DNA of 64,000 bases. Source: a bacterium. GTDB taxonomy: Bacteria; Orphanbacterota; Orphanbacteria; JBJXGV01. The translations under genes were made by a program, and so were the position numbers. The notes beneath the pieces were generated by a model. It did no database searches. It was not told the DNA's origin and was given only the letters and a program-made list of their open reading frames with translations. The DNA lies in assembly GCA_046160485.1 (NCBI GenBank), contig JBJXGV010000070.1, positions 13,154 through 77,153 on the forward strand, read 5' to 3'. Below, piece by piece: positions 17,482 through 27,445 of this stretch; the first letter of the stretch is position 1, and every line of letters begins with the position of its first letter.

Positions 17482-19023
17482 CTAACCCGGAAGCTTCACG
17501 TCGATCATGAGGAGGCTCCCCTTTGCAACGAGCGAGAACGCGAATTGGAGCGCGAGAATCGCGATGAGGCCGCGCGTGCCGCCGGGCACGCCGCCGCGCG
17601 TCGCGGCGATCACCACGGGCGCAACGAGAAAGAGCCACACGCGCGAAGTCTCCGCGGGGATGAGTCCCGAGAGGTCGAGCACCGCGAGGAACGCGAGCAC
17701 CGCGAGCGTGAAAGGCGCCTCGATGCGGCGTGCGCGAAGGTCGCGAACGGCCGCGAACACCTCGCGCGCGAAAAGCACCGCCACGGCGGGCCCGAGGAAA
17801 ATGAAGAAGTCGGGGAGATTCCAGAAGACCCACGTGAGCCACTCGCGCCGCTGCTCCGGAATCAGAACCTCGTGCTGGATCTTGTAGGCGGCAAGGAAGA
17901 CGCGCGGAATCGAGCAGCCCGTCGCGAGCTGGAACAGCGCGAGGACCGAGGCGAATCCAGCGCCGAGGGCGAGCAGACGCCGCAGGCGCCAGCGCGGCGG
18001 CGGCCGCGTCCCCGCGTCGTCCGCCCGAGCAAATCGCGTGATCGTAATATCCACAATGCCAACAAGTAACAGAAAGAAGCTCGCCACGAACGTAAAGAGG
18101 CAGAGCACCCCGCACAGCGCGCCGGCGGCCACGAGCGACCGGAGTCCGCGCCCGCGGCCGACAAGGAGGAACGCAGCGAGGATCAGAAGCGGATACGCGG
18201 CATCGAACTCCCCGGCGAAGAGGAGGTGCGACGGGATCACGGCTAGGAGGAGCACGGCGGCGCGAGCAGCCGGCGCGCCGCTCAGTCGACGCGCGAAGAA
18301 GAACGCGGGAATCAGCGCCAGGCGCGAGCAGATGACGACGGCGAGCCCAACGATGATCAGGCTCGCGAGCTCGGCCGGAGCCGCGCCCGGAAGATCGCCC
18401 TCGGAGATCCCGAACGCGCGCGCCACGCCGAGCACGCCATCGGTCGCGCCCGCCGACCCGCGGAAGAACTCGAGAATCTGGTGATTGACCGCAACGAGTC
18501 CCGGCGGATGCGTGCGCGCGTGATGCGGCAGTCCCGCCACGATTTCGTGGAACGACGTCAGCATCTCGGGCAGCGACGTGACGGAGCGCGCGGTCCAGAA
18601 GTAGCCGGTCACCCATGGCACGACGTGAATGAGCGGCAGCGTCACGGGCCCGAGCGGCGAGAGTCCGAGAAACGACAGCTCGAGCGCGATCGCGATCAGA
18701 ACGACGAGTGCGAGCATCGCCGCGTCGCCGCGAGGGCGCGAGTCGCGCCGGCGAGTCCACGTCGCGGCCGCCCCCGCGAGCAGGGCGAAGAGGAGTGTCG
18801 TCCCGAGCGCACGCGGCCAAAGCGACGTCGCGACGTACGGCCATCGCCAAGAAGGCGGGCCGACGATCCACGGGAACCGGACCAGAAGAAGAATCGCAAT
18901 CGCCACGGTCGCGGCCGCGGCAGCGATCAGAACGCGCCGGTCGCCGCGAGCGCCGTCGTGCGTCGCGTTCGCGCCATCCTCGCTCACGGTGCGTCCCCGA
19001 TCATGCCGTTGCGCGAAATCCAA
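17482..19023 (-). CDS. Polytopic integral membrane protein, unknown function
   Basis: More than 10 hydrophobic segments (LIAAAAATVAIAILLLV, FTFVASFFLLLVGIV etc.). Start uncertain: the listed start overlaps the upstream SGNH gene by 40 nt. Confidence 0.5.
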   Translation of the reverse strand: MDFAQRHDRGRTVSEDGANATHDGARGDRRVLIAAAAATVAIAILLLVRFPWIVGPPSWRWPYVATSLWPRALGTTLLFALLAGAAATWTRRRDSRPRGDAAMLALVVLIAIALELSFLGLSPLGPVTLPLIHVVPWVTGYFWTARSVTSLPEMLTSFHEIVAGLPHHARTHPPGLVAVNHQILEFFRGSAGATDGVLGVARAFGISEGDLPGAAPAELASLIIVGLAVVICSRLALIPAFFFARRLSGAPAARAAVLLLAVIPSHLLFAGEFDAAYPLLILAAFLLVGRGRGLRSLVAAGALCGVLCLFTFVASFFLLLVGIVDITITRFARADDAGTRPPPRWRLRRLLALGAGFASVLALFQLATGCSIPRVFLAAYKIQHEVLIPEQRREWLTWVFWNLPDFFIFLGPAVAVLFAREVFAAVRDLRARRIEAPFTLAVLAFLAVLDLSGLIPAETSRVWLFLVAPVVIAATRGGVPGGTRGLIAILALQFAFSLVAKGSLLMIDVKLPG

Positions 19024-20018
19024 TCGAAGATGGCGCGCGCCGCGATCGCGTGGCCGGCGGCGTTCATGTGGTTATCGAGCGGCGTGACGGAGAGCGCCGA
19101 GGCGGACTTGCCGAGGAAGGCCGGGAGAAGGTCGAGATGCTCGATAGCCGCGCTCGCGCAGAACGCGACGACTTGCTCGTGCGCCGCGCGAAGCGGATAC
19201 GAATCGTCGAGGCTCACAATAAACGGGAGGACGACGACGCCGAAGCGGCCGCCGCTTGCGCGCACGTCGGTGGCGAGCGTACGAATCCCCGCTTCACACG
19301 CGAGCCAGCCCGGGGCGCGCGCGGCGAAGGTGTCCGCGTAGCGCCCGACGGCGGAACCGCGCGGGGCGATCCCGAATCGCCGCGCGAGCGCCGCGCCGCG
19401 CGACTTGACGAACTGCACCGTGCGGAGGGGCGGAACCCGAAGCCGAGACGCGCGCCGCGGCGCGGGCGCGATCCCCGCGGCCGGAGCGGCCGTTTTCGCC
19501 GCGGCCGCGAGCACCGGCGGATCGACGTCGTTCATGAAGAATCCGACAAGCACCAGATCAGGCGCGCGGGGCGCGACATCGAGCGCGAATGCCTCCGCTT
19601 GCTGCGCCGTATTCGACCCGATCATCGCGAAATTCTCGACCTCCCAGCGGCGATCCGGAAACGCGTCGGCTAGCATTTCCGCGAGCTGCACCGCGAAGGT
19701 TTCCTCATCGCGCACGCCCCAACCGAATGTCATCGAGTCGCCGAGGAGCGCGATTCGAAAGGTGCCGGGCGCCTTCGCGACGTCGAGTTCTGCGCCGCGA
19801 TAGCCCGAGGCGTTCGTGCGCACCGGAACGCCGGCGATCACACCCGTCGCGCTCGGCGGCAAACACGCAAGCCGCGGCGAAGCGGGGTGCGGCACGAGCG
19901 CCATCCCCCACGGGCGGTCGAACGAGCGGAGCCAGAGTTCGCAGCACGCGAGCGCTACGATGAGCGACAGCGCGATGAGCAGTAGGCGTGCGGCCCACTC
20001 GCGAGAGCGTGATATCAT
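18984..20018 (-). CDS. Membrane-anchored SGNH/GDSL-like hydrolase family protein
   Basis: N-terminal TM helix; block I FRIALLGDSMTFGWGV; block V-like DNHMNAAGHA. Confidence 0.7.
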   Translation of the reverse strand: MISRSREWAARLLLIALSLIVALACCELWLRSFDRPWGMALVPHPASPRLACLPPSATGVIAGVPVRTNASGYRGAELDVAKAPGTFRIALLGDSMTFGWGVRDEETFAVQLAEMLADAFPDRRWEVENFAMIGSNTAQQAEAFALDVAPRAPDLVLVGFFMNDVDPPVLAAAAKTAAPAAGIAPAPRRASRLRVPPLRTVQFVKSRGAALARRFGIAPRGSAVGRYADTFAARAPGWLACEAGIRTLATDVRASGGRFGVVVLPFIVSLDDSYPLRAAHEQVVAFCASAAIEHLDLLPAFLGKSASALSVTPLDNHMNAAGHAIAARAIFDWISRNGMIGDAP

Positions 20019-20026
20019 CCGGCGCG

Positions 20027-22141
20027 ATGACCGCCGCGAAAACCTCGGCCGCCGCGCGCGCCGCGCTGATACTCGTCGGCCTTCTTCTCTTCGCGGCGCT
20101 CGAAGGGTTGCTCGCGCTCGCCGGTCTCGGCGGTGCGCGCGATCGCGGCGACCCGTTCCTCGGGTTCAGCCAGGAGTACGCGATCTTCGTTCCCGATGCG
20201 ACGGGCGCGAGGCTCGTCACCGATCCCGCGAAGCGCGAGTCGTTCAACGAGCAGGCGATCGCGCGCACGAAGGCCGAGGGGACGATTCGCATCTTCTGCC
20301 TCGGCGGCTCGGCGACGTACGGGTTTCCGCGCGGCGCGGCCGGCGCGTTCCCCGCGATCCTCGGCGAGAAACTCGCGCGCGCGTTCCCCGCGCGGCGCTT
20401 CGAGGTCGTCAATCTCGGCGGGCTCTCGTACGCGGCGTTTCGCTGCGTCAACGTCGCGCGCGAGGTCGCGCGTTACGAACCCGACGCGATCCTCTACTAC
20501 GACGGGAACAACGAGTACGTCGAGCGGCGCTTCTTCGCGGAGATGCTCGCCGAACCCGCGTGGAGGCGAAACCTGCGCGCGCAAGCGAGCCGCCTTCGAA
20601 CGTACACGCTGCTGAAGAAAGCGATCGATCGCGGCCGCCCCCAGCGCTGGAGCGGCGACGAGTCGGAACTCTTCGGCGTGCGCGTTCTGCGCGAGGACAA
20701 CGAGTCCCTTCCGAGAAGCGATGCGGAGGATCGGGTCATCGAGGAGAGTTTCGCGGCGTCGCTCGCGCAGATGCGCGCGATCGCGCGCGAGGCCGGCGCG
20801 GCCTTCGTCGTCGGCGTCGCCGCTGTGAACGAAGCCGATTGGCCGCCGGGACTTTCGCTTCACGATCCCTCCAAGGACTCGGCGGCGATCGCCGCGTTCG
20901 ACGGGCGCATGCAGGAGGCCGCGCGGCTTCGCGCCTCGGGCGACATCGCGGGCGCCGCGCGCGCGTTCGAGGCCGCGATCGCAATCGATTCGCGTTACGC
21001 AGCCGCTCACTTCGAACTCGGCGGATGCTATCACGCGCTCGGAGAGAGTCACAAGGCGCGCGCGGCGTTCCGCGCGGCGATCGCGTCGGACGGGCTGCCG
21101 ATTCGCGCGACGCCGCGCATTCAGAATGCCGCGCGCGCGTTTGCGGACGCGTCCGGCACGCCGCGCGTCGACATCGACAGCCTCTTCGCGAGCATCTCAC
21201 CGGGCGGCATCATCGGCCGCGAGTTGTTCATCGACTATTGCCACCCGACGCGCGATGGCCACGAGCGGATCGCGGACGCGTTCTTCGCGGTAATCGCACG
21301 CGATCTGCTCGACGCGCCGGGCGCGCCGCCGCCCGCGATCGGCCCGGACGAAGCGCCGAGCGATACGTCGTCCGCGTTCGGCATCGCGTGGGAGGGGCAG
21401 ATGTTCATTCGGCAGGGACGATTCGCTGAGGCCGAGGAGCGCTTTCGCGCCGCGCTCGCGCTCGACGCGGAGCTCTCCTACGCGCTCGAGGGAATGGGCC
21501 GCTGCCTGATCGCGCGCGGCGACTCCGCGGGCGCGGTTTCGTTCTACGAGAGCGCCGCTCGCGTGAACCCGGGCAATCCGACGATCCTCACGAATCTCGC
21601 GAACACATATCTCGCGGTGGGACGCATGGCGGAGAGCGAAGCGGCGATACGCAAAGCAATCGACGCGGATCCGAACTCGGCGAGCGCGCGGCTACTCCTC
21701 GCGCGGCTCCTCGCGCGCAGCGGGCGCGCGCCGGAAGCGCGCACCACGCTCGAGGCCGCGGTCGCGGCGAGCCCGGCGAACGCGGACGCGCGCAAGCTCC
21801 TCGCGCGCCTCCTCGCGGACGCGGGCGAGACCGCCGCCGCCGAGGCGCACTATCGCGAAGCGCTTCGCCTCGACCCGAGCGACGGAGCCGCCGGCTACGC
21901 GCACGCGATTCTCTTGATCAAGCTGGAGCGACCCGACGAAGCGCTCGCGATACTCGACGCGGCGATCGCGCGGAATGCCGACTTCTACCCCGCCATCGGA
22001 GCGGCCGGAGTTCTGCGCATGAACCGCGGAGAGCGCGACGCCGCCGTGCGCCACTTCCGGCGCGTGCTCGAGCTTCACCCTGGCGATCAACTCGCCTCGC
22101 GCTATCTCGCGGTACTCGAGAGTCCGGGGGGCGTGCCGTAA
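20027..22141 (+). CDS. SGNH-like domain protein with C-terminal TPR repeats
   Basis: Start at internal Met (MTAAKTSAAARAALILVGLLLFAAL). IRIFCLGGSATYGF block I variant, DYCHPTRDGH block V; C-terminal half is TPR-like (AEAEERFRAALALD, AEAHYREALRLDP). Divergent from the 18984-20018 gene. Confidence 0.7.
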   Translation: MTAAKTSAAARAALILVGLLLFAALEGLLALAGLGGARDRGDPFLGFSQEYAIFVPDATGARLVTDPAKRESFNEQAIARTKAEGTIRIFCLGGSATYGFPRGAAGAFPAILGEKLARAFPARRFEVVNLGGLSYAAFRCVNVAREVARYEPDAILYYDGNNEYVERRFFAEMLAEPAWRRNLRAQASRLRTYTLLKKAIDRGRPQRWSGDESELFGVRVLREDNESLPRSDAEDRVIEESFAASLAQMRAIAREAGAAFVVGVAAVNEADWPPGLSLHDPSKDSAAIAAFDGRMQEAARLRASGDIAGAARAFEAAIAIDSRYAAAHFELGGCYHALGESHKARAAFRAAIASDGLPIRATPRIQNAARAFADASGTPRVDIDSLFASISPGGIIGRELFIDYCHPTRDGHERIADAFFAVIARDLLDAPGAPPPAIGPDEAPSDTSSAFGIAWEGQMFIRQGRFAEAEERFRAALALDAELSYALEGMGRCLIARGDSAGAVSFYESAARVNPGNPTILTNLANTYLAVGRMAESEAAIRKAIDADPNSASARLLLARLLARSGRAPEARTTLEAAVAASPANADARKLLARLLADAGETAAAEAHYREALRLDPSDGAAGYAHAILLIKLERPDEALAILDAAIARNADFYPAIGAAGVLRMNRGERDAAVRHFRRVLELHPGDQLASRYLAVLESPGGVP

Positions 22142-22180
22142 CGAACGTCGCCGTGCGGATCGCGCAGCGGCCCGGCGCGA

Positions 22181-23329
22181 CTAGCGAACGCGGCGGCGGC
22201 GGTTCTCGACGAAGTCCATGAGGATGTATTCGCCGAGCTTGTTGAGCGAGGAGAAGTACGCGCGGCCGCGATTGAGCTCGGTGAGTTGCGTGACGAAATC
22301 CTGGAAGTGCGCGTCGCGCGTCACCATGAACGTCGTGATCGGAATCCGCTTGCGCCGGCAGACGACGGCTTCGTCGAGCGTGCGATTGATGATCTTCGGA
22401 TCGAGGCCGAACGTGTTGCGGTAGATCGTGCCGTCGCTCTCGCGAATCACGGTCGGCTTGCCGTCGGTGATGAGAAAGATCTGCCGGTTCGCCGCCTTCC
22501 GCCGTTCGAGAATCTTGCGCGCCATTTGCAGCGCGGCCTTCGTATTCGTGTGGTACGGCCCGACCTCGAGGTACGGGATGTCGCCGATGGCGATCTCGAA
22601 CGCGTCGTCGCCGAACGCGATCACGTCGAGCGTGTCCTTCGGGTACTTCGTCAGAATCAGTTCCGTCAGCGCAAGCGCGACACGTTTCGCCGGCGTGATC
22701 CGGTCCTCGCCGTAGAGAACCATGCTGTGCGAGATGTCGATGAGGAGCGCGGTCGCGCACGACGACGAGTGTTCGGTCTCGAAGACCTCGAGGTCTTCCT
22801 CCTTCAATCCGCCGCCGAGTAGTCCCGTGCCTTCGAGGCCCGTCAAACTCACCTGCGTTTCGTCGGCGCCGGTCGCGCTCGCGCGCCGAAACGAATTCAG
22901 GAGCGACCCCCTAAAGTCGATGTTGTTGACCTCGTCGCCGAAGCGCCACGGCCGCCGCTCCGAGAGCATCTCGCGGCCATCGCCTTCGCGCGGAACGCGG
23001 TGGTCCCCCGACTCGCCTTTGCGCAGCGCCGAAAACACGTACGAAAGCGCGCTCTTGCGAATGCCGCGCTCCCCTTTTCGCGTCAGCCGCGCGCCGTCGT
23101 CGGAGACCTCGATGTACTCCTCTTCCTCGAGACGCTTTGCAAACTTTTCGACGTCGAAGCCATCGGGGAGATAGCCCTGCTTCGCGAGATAACGCAGCAT
23201 CTCGAGCGCCTCGTCGACATCGCCGTCGCTTTGCAGCAGCAGATGATTGAACAGATCGAGGACGTTCTGGAATTCGGCGAGATCGCGCAGAAGCGCTTCG
23301 TCGAACCGGAAGTAGCGAAAGCGCGACAC
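22181..23329 (-). CDS. VWA domain protein (partner of the ChlI-like ATPase)
   Basis: MIDAS motif LLIDISHSM (DxSxS) followed by a typical von Willebrand A fold region ending FLITDGKPT; about 170-aa N-terminal domain of unknown function. Confidence 0.75.
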   Translation of the reverse strand: MSRFRYFRFDEALLRDLAEFQNVLDLFNHLLLQSDGDVDEALEMLRYLAKQGYLPDGFDVEKFAKRLEEEEYIEVSDDGARLTRKGERGIRKSALSYVFSALRKGESGDHRVPREGDGREMLSERRPWRFGDEVNNIDFRGSLLNSFRRASATGADETQVSLTGLEGTGLLGGGLKEEDLEVFETEHSSSCATALLIDISHSMVLYGEDRITPAKRVALALTELILTKYPKDTLDVIAFGDDAFEIAIGDIPYLEVGPYHTNTKAALQMARKILERRKAANRQIFLITDGKPTVIRESDGTIYRNTFGLDPKIINRTLDEAVVCRRKRIPITTFMVTRDAHFQDFVTQLTELNRGRAYFSSLNKLGEYILMDFVENRRRRVR

Positions 23330-23338
23330 GAGAGCCGG

Positions 23339-24811
23339 CTAGCCCTTCATGTTCTTGAACATGTTCGCGAGCATGTCGCTGTAGCGGACGCGTTGATCGA
23401 GCGCTTCCTTCGCGACGAGCGAGTTCTGGTGCAACCCGTCGAGAACGAACTCCATGACCGTCGCCATTTCTTCTTCGTCCGCGGGCCGCATTTGCTTCTT
23501 CGCGATCGCCTTGAGGCCCGGCACCTTCGACAGCTCCGCGTAGTAGTCCGCAAACGGCATCTCGTCGCTGATCTCGATCCGGCCGCCGCCCGCGAAGTGA
23601 TCGGAGATTTCCTTGTACGGCCCGGGCCCCTTCCCCGGCTCCTCTTTTCCGTCCTTCGACTTGTAGACCGCCGGAAAATGCCGCTGGAAGACCTTGTTGA
23701 TCGCCTTGCCGATGAGCGTGAGCGAAACGATCGTCGGTCCCTCCTGCTCGCCTTCGTAGACCAGCTCGATCTTTCCGGTGATCGCGGGGAGCGCGGAGTA
23801 GAGATCGCACATGCGCGGCGTCCAGCGTTCCTCGCCGGTCAGCAAGACGCGCCGCTCGATGTTCGAGAGCAGGTTCTCGTATGCGGAGATCGGAAGCCGC
23901 GCCGAAACGCCGCTCGATTGATCGACGAACTCGCTCTTCCGCGCCTCGAACGCGATCTCCTCGACGATCTCTTGGATGAAACGCGGCATGCGAAACGGCT
24001 GGCCGCGATCGACCCACGCCTCTTGAGCGGTGATCGCGATCGCGTCGTCGACCGTCTGCGGGTAGTGCGTGATGATCTGCGAGTCGATGCGGTCTTTGAG
24101 CGGCGTGATGATGTTCCCGCGATTCGTGTAGTCCTCGGGATTCGCCGTGAAGACGAGCAACAGATCGAGCGGCAGCCGAATCGGAAATCCGCGAATCTGC
24201 AGATCCTTCTCCTCGAGGATGTTGAGGAGCCCGACCTGAATGCGCGGCTGAAGATCCGGCAGCTCGTTGAGCGCGAAAATCCCGCGATTCGTGCGCGGCA
24301 CGATGCCGTAGTGGATGACGCCTTCGTCGGAGAGGTCGAGCCTCTCGCGCGCGGCCTTGATCGGGTCGATGTCGCCGATCAGGTCCGCCATCGTCACGTC
24401 GGGCGTCGCGAGCTTCTCCTGATACCGCTCCTCGCGCGTGATCCATCGAATCTCGATCTGCTCGCCGAGTTCGGAGGCGAGCCGCCGGCAACGCGAACAG
24501 ACGGGATGAAGCGGATCGTCGTTGAGCGCGCAACCCTCGATCGCGGGAACGCGCTCGTCGAGAAGCGACGTCAGCGCGCGAATGATGCGCGTTTTCGCCT
24601 GACCGCGAAGGCCGAGGAGGATCAGGTCGTGTTTCGCGAGCAGCGCGTTTTCGATTTGAGGAATCACGGTCCGGTCGTAGCCGACGATTCCGGGGAAGAC
24701 CGGCTCCTTGGCGCGGATCTTCCGCGCGAGGTTGCGCCGGATCTCATCCTTTACGGAGAGCGCGGCATAACCGGTCTTCTTCAGTTCTCTAAGCGTCTTC
24801 GGGTGAGGCAT
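23339..24811 (-). CDS. Mg-chelatase ChlI-like AAA+ ATPase
   Basis: FPGIVGYDRTVIPQIENALLAKHDLILLGLRGQAKT Walker A-region variant typical of ChlI/BchI-like ATPases; GIFALNELPDL Walker B-like. 10 nt upstream of the VWA gene. Confidence 0.75.
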   Translation of the reverse strand: MPHPKTLRELKKTGYAALSVKDEIRRNLARKIRAKEPVFPGIVGYDRTVIPQIENALLAKHDLILLGLRGQAKTRIIRALTSLLDERVPAIEGCALNDDPLHPVCSRCRRLASELGEQIEIRWITREERYQEKLATPDVTMADLIGDIDPIKAARERLDLSDEGVIHYGIVPRTNRGIFALNELPDLQPRIQVGLLNILEEKDLQIRGFPIRLPLDLLLVFTANPEDYTNRGNIITPLKDRIDSQIITHYPQTVDDAIAITAQEAWVDRGQPFRMPRFIQEIVEEIAFEARKSEFVDQSSGVSARLPISAYENLLSNIERRVLLTGEERWTPRMCDLYSALPAITGKIELVYEGEQEGPTIVSLTLIGKAINKVFQRHFPAVYKSKDGKEEPGKGPGPYKEISDHFAGGGRIEISDEMPFADYYAELSKVPGLKAIAKKQMRPADEEEMATVMEFVLDGLHQNSLVAKEALDQRVRYSDMLANMFKNMKG

Positions 24812-24945
24812 TCACGACTCCAAGGGGGCGAGGACGATGTTCTGTTCGGCGATTTTGTCGGCGAATGATAGCAGCGCAAGGGAAGCCGGGCAAACAGGGC
24901 GCGCACGGGAGCGCGACGACGCGCGATCCGGCGATGCTCGCGCTG

Positions 24946-24975
24946 TTGACGCGGCGGCGCGACGCTGTCTACTCT
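24946..24975 (+). promoter_or_regulatory. Candidate sigma70-like promoter for PolX (TTGACG-N18-TACTCT); implies a leaderless or near-leaderless transcript
   Basis: -35-like TTGACG at 24946-24951 and -10-like TACTCT at 24970-24975, 9 nt upstream of the ATG at 24984. Hexamer matching by eye in GC-rich DNA is weak evidence. Confidence 0.3.
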
Positions 24976-24983
24976 GTCGCTCG

Positions 24984-26780
24984 ATGAGCGACGCCCGGCC
25001 GCAACCGATCGACAAGACGAACGTCGCGCGGATTCTGCGTGAGATCGCGGCGCTTCTCGAAATCCGCGGCGAGAATCCGTTCAAGGCACGCGCCTACGAG
25101 AACGCGGCGCGCGCGATCGAGGGAACGACCGAGGAGTTCGGCGCGCTCGTCGCGAGCGGCGCGTACAAAGAGATCGCCGGCATCGGCCCTGCGCTCCGCG
25201 AAAAACTCGAGGAGTTGGCCGCGACGGGGCGGCTCGAATACTACGATGCGCTGCGTGCCGAGCTTCCCGCGACGATTCTCGAACTGACGGCGATTCCCGG
25301 CCTTGGGCCGAAGAAGATCCACTCGCTCCACACGAAGCTCGGCATTGCATCGATCGAAGCGCTCGAAGCGGCCGCGCGCGACGGCCGTCTCACGACGCTT
25401 CCTGGCTTCACCGCGAAGACCGCGGCGAAAATACTCGAGGGGATCGAGTTTCTCCGCGCGAACGCAAGCCGCAGGCTCCTCGTCGAGGGCCTCGATGAAG
25501 CCGCGCGGGTCGTCGCCGCGCTCGGACACGTCGTTGCGCTCCCGGGCGCAACCGCGCCCGCGGGAAGGGCGCTCCCGGTCGTGACATCGTTCGCCGTCGC
25601 GGGGAGCCTGCGCCGTTTCAAGGAGACGGTGAAGGACGTCGACATGGTCGGTTGCAGCGACGAACCCGAAGCCGTGATGACGGCGTTCCAATCGCTGGGG
25701 CTCGCGGCGCGCGTCGTCAATCGCGGCGCGACGAAATCGACGATCGTTCTCGACTCCGGCATGCAGGTCGACCTGCGGCTCGTCGCGCCCGAAGAGTTCG
25801 CGTACACGCTTCTCCATTTCACGGGAAGCGCCGAGCACAACACGGCGATGCGGGCGCGCGCGAAGGAACGCGCGCTGAAGCTCAACGAGTACGGTCTGTG
25901 GAGCGGCGAAGAACGGATTCCCGCCGCGAGCGAGGAGGAGATCTTCGCGACGCTCGGGCTCGCCCCGATCGCGCCGGAGCTGCGCGAGGCGATGGGCGAG
26001 ATCGAGGATGCCGAGGCCGGCGCCATTCCACGGCTCGTCACCGCGTCGGATCTTCGCGGGGTCCTTCACTGTCACTCCACCTGGAGCGATGGACGCAACA
26101 CGATCGCCGAGATGGCGGAGGCGGCGCGCGACGCCGGCTACGAGTACATCGGCATGAGCGATCACAGCCGCACGGCCGCGTACGCGGGCGGCCTCACGCC
26201 CGAGCGGGTCCGCGCGCAGTGGGACGAGATCGACGCGCTCAACGCGCGCCTCGCGCCGTTTCGCATCTTCAAGGGAATCGAATCGGACATTCTCGGCGAC
26301 GGCGCGCTCGACTACGACGATGAACTTCTCGCAGGTTTCGATTTCGTCGTCGCGTCGGTGCACTCGCGAATGACGATGGAGCTCGAGGAGATGACGGCGC
26401 GAATCGTGCGCGCCGTCGAACACCCGCGCACCACGATTCTCGGGCATCCGACGGGGCGGCGGCTTCTCACGCGCGACGCCTACGCCGTCGACATGACTCG
26501 AGTCATCGACGCGGCTCTGGCGAACCACGTCGTCGTCGAACTCAATTGCAACCCGGAGCGGCTCGACATCGACTGGCGCGTGTTGCGCGGCGCGCTCCCC
26601 CGCGGACTGACGACGAGCATCAATCCCGACGCGCACGCGACGGCGCACTTTCGGTTCTTGGAGATCGGCGCGGGCGTCGCACGGAAGGCGCGCACCGAAG
26701 CGCGTCACGTTCTGAACACGCGATCCGCGAGCGAGATCGCCGACTACTTCGCGGAGCGGAAGCGCCGTGCCGCGCGCTAG
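24984..26780 (+). CDS. polX: DNA polymerase X family protein with C-terminal PHP domain
   Basis: Start at internal Met (MSDARPQPIDK). Helix-hairpin-helix motifs (IAGIGPALREKL; IPGLGPKKIHSL), pol-beta-like palm (VAGSLRRFKETVKDVDMV), C-terminal PHP (GVLHCHSTWSDG). Confidence 0.8.
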   Translation: MSDARPQPIDKTNVARILREIAALLEIRGENPFKARAYENAARAIEGTTEEFGALVASGAYKEIAGIGPALREKLEELAATGRLEYYDALRAELPATILELTAIPGLGPKKIHSLHTKLGIASIEALEAAARDGRLTTLPGFTAKTAAKILEGIEFLRANASRRLLVEGLDEAARVVAALGHVVALPGATAPAGRALPVVTSFAVAGSLRRFKETVKDVDMVGCSDEPEAVMTAFQSLGLAARVVNRGATKSTIVLDSGMQVDLRLVAPEEFAYTLLHFTGSAEHNTAMRARAKERALKLNEYGLWSGEERIPAASEEEIFATLGLAPIAPELREAMGEIEDAEAGAIPRLVTASDLRGVLHCHSTWSDGRNTIAEMAEAARDAGYEYIGMSDHSRTAAYAGGLTPERVRAQWDEIDALNARLAPFRIFKGIESDILGDGALDYDDELLAGFDFVVASVHSRMTMELEEMTARIVRAVEHPRTTILGHPTGRRLLTRDAYAVDMTRVIDAALANHVVVELNCNPERLDIDWRVLRGALPRGLTTSINPDAHATAHFRFLEIGAGVARKARTEARHVLNTRSASEIADYFAERKRRAAR

Positions 26781-27435
26781 CTCAACGCGGAAGCGCGCTG
26801 CGGCCGCGGAGATTCTCGAGCGCCTGCGCCGCGCGATCCCCGACGCGACGATCGCGCTCGACTTCGCCGACCCGCTGCAGTTGACCGTCGCCACGATCCT
26901 CGCCGCGCAATGCACGGACGCGCGCGTCAACATCGTCACGAAAGATCTCTTCCGGCGCTACAAGACCGCGGCGGATTTCGCGGCGGCGGATCCCGCGCGG
27001 CTCGAGAAAGAAGTTCACTCGACGGGATTCTTCCGCGCGAAGACGAAGTCGATCCTCGGAATGGCGAACGCGCTCGTCGAACGCCACGGCGGCGAGGTGC
27101 CGCGCACGATGGAAGAACTCACGGCGCTACCGGGAGTCGGGCGCAAGACGGCGAACGTCGTGCTCGGAAATGCATTCGGCATTCCGGGAATCATCGTCGA
27201 CACGCATTTCCTGCGCGTGACGCACCGGCTCGGGCTCACGAAGCATTCCGAGCCCGAGAAGGTCGAAGCGGACCTCGCCGCACTCGTGCCGCAACCCGCG
27301 TGGACCGAGTTCTCGCATCTCATCACGCATCACGGCCGCCGCACGTGCGACGCGCGCAAGCCGAAGTGCGATGCGTGCGCGCTTCTCGATCTCTGCCCCG
27401 CGGGGACGCGGTGGGCGAAGCTCGCACGCGCGTAG
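26767..27435 (+). CDS. nth: Endonuclease III
   Basis: HhH-GPD motif LTALPGVGRKTANVVL, catalytic region, and C-terminal 4Fe-4S cluster loop CDARKPKCDACALLDLC. Confidence 0.85.
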   Translation: MPRASSTRKRAAAAEILERLRRAIPDATIALDFADPLQLTVATILAAQCTDARVNIVTKDLFRRYKTAADFAAADPARLEKEVHSTGFFRAKTKSILGMANALVERHGGEVPRTMEELTALPGVGRKTANVVLGNAFGIPGIIVDTHFLRVTHRLGLTKHSEPEKVEADLAALVPQPAWTEFSHLITHHGRRTCDARKPKCDACALLDLCPAGTRWAKLARA

Positions 27436-27445
27436 AGCCTTCGCG

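Noticed and set aside
22141-22181. Convergent intergenic region between the SGNH/TPR gene and the VWA gene, checked for a bidirectional terminator
   Set aside because: No clean stem-loop with a flanking T/A run could be drawn by eye.
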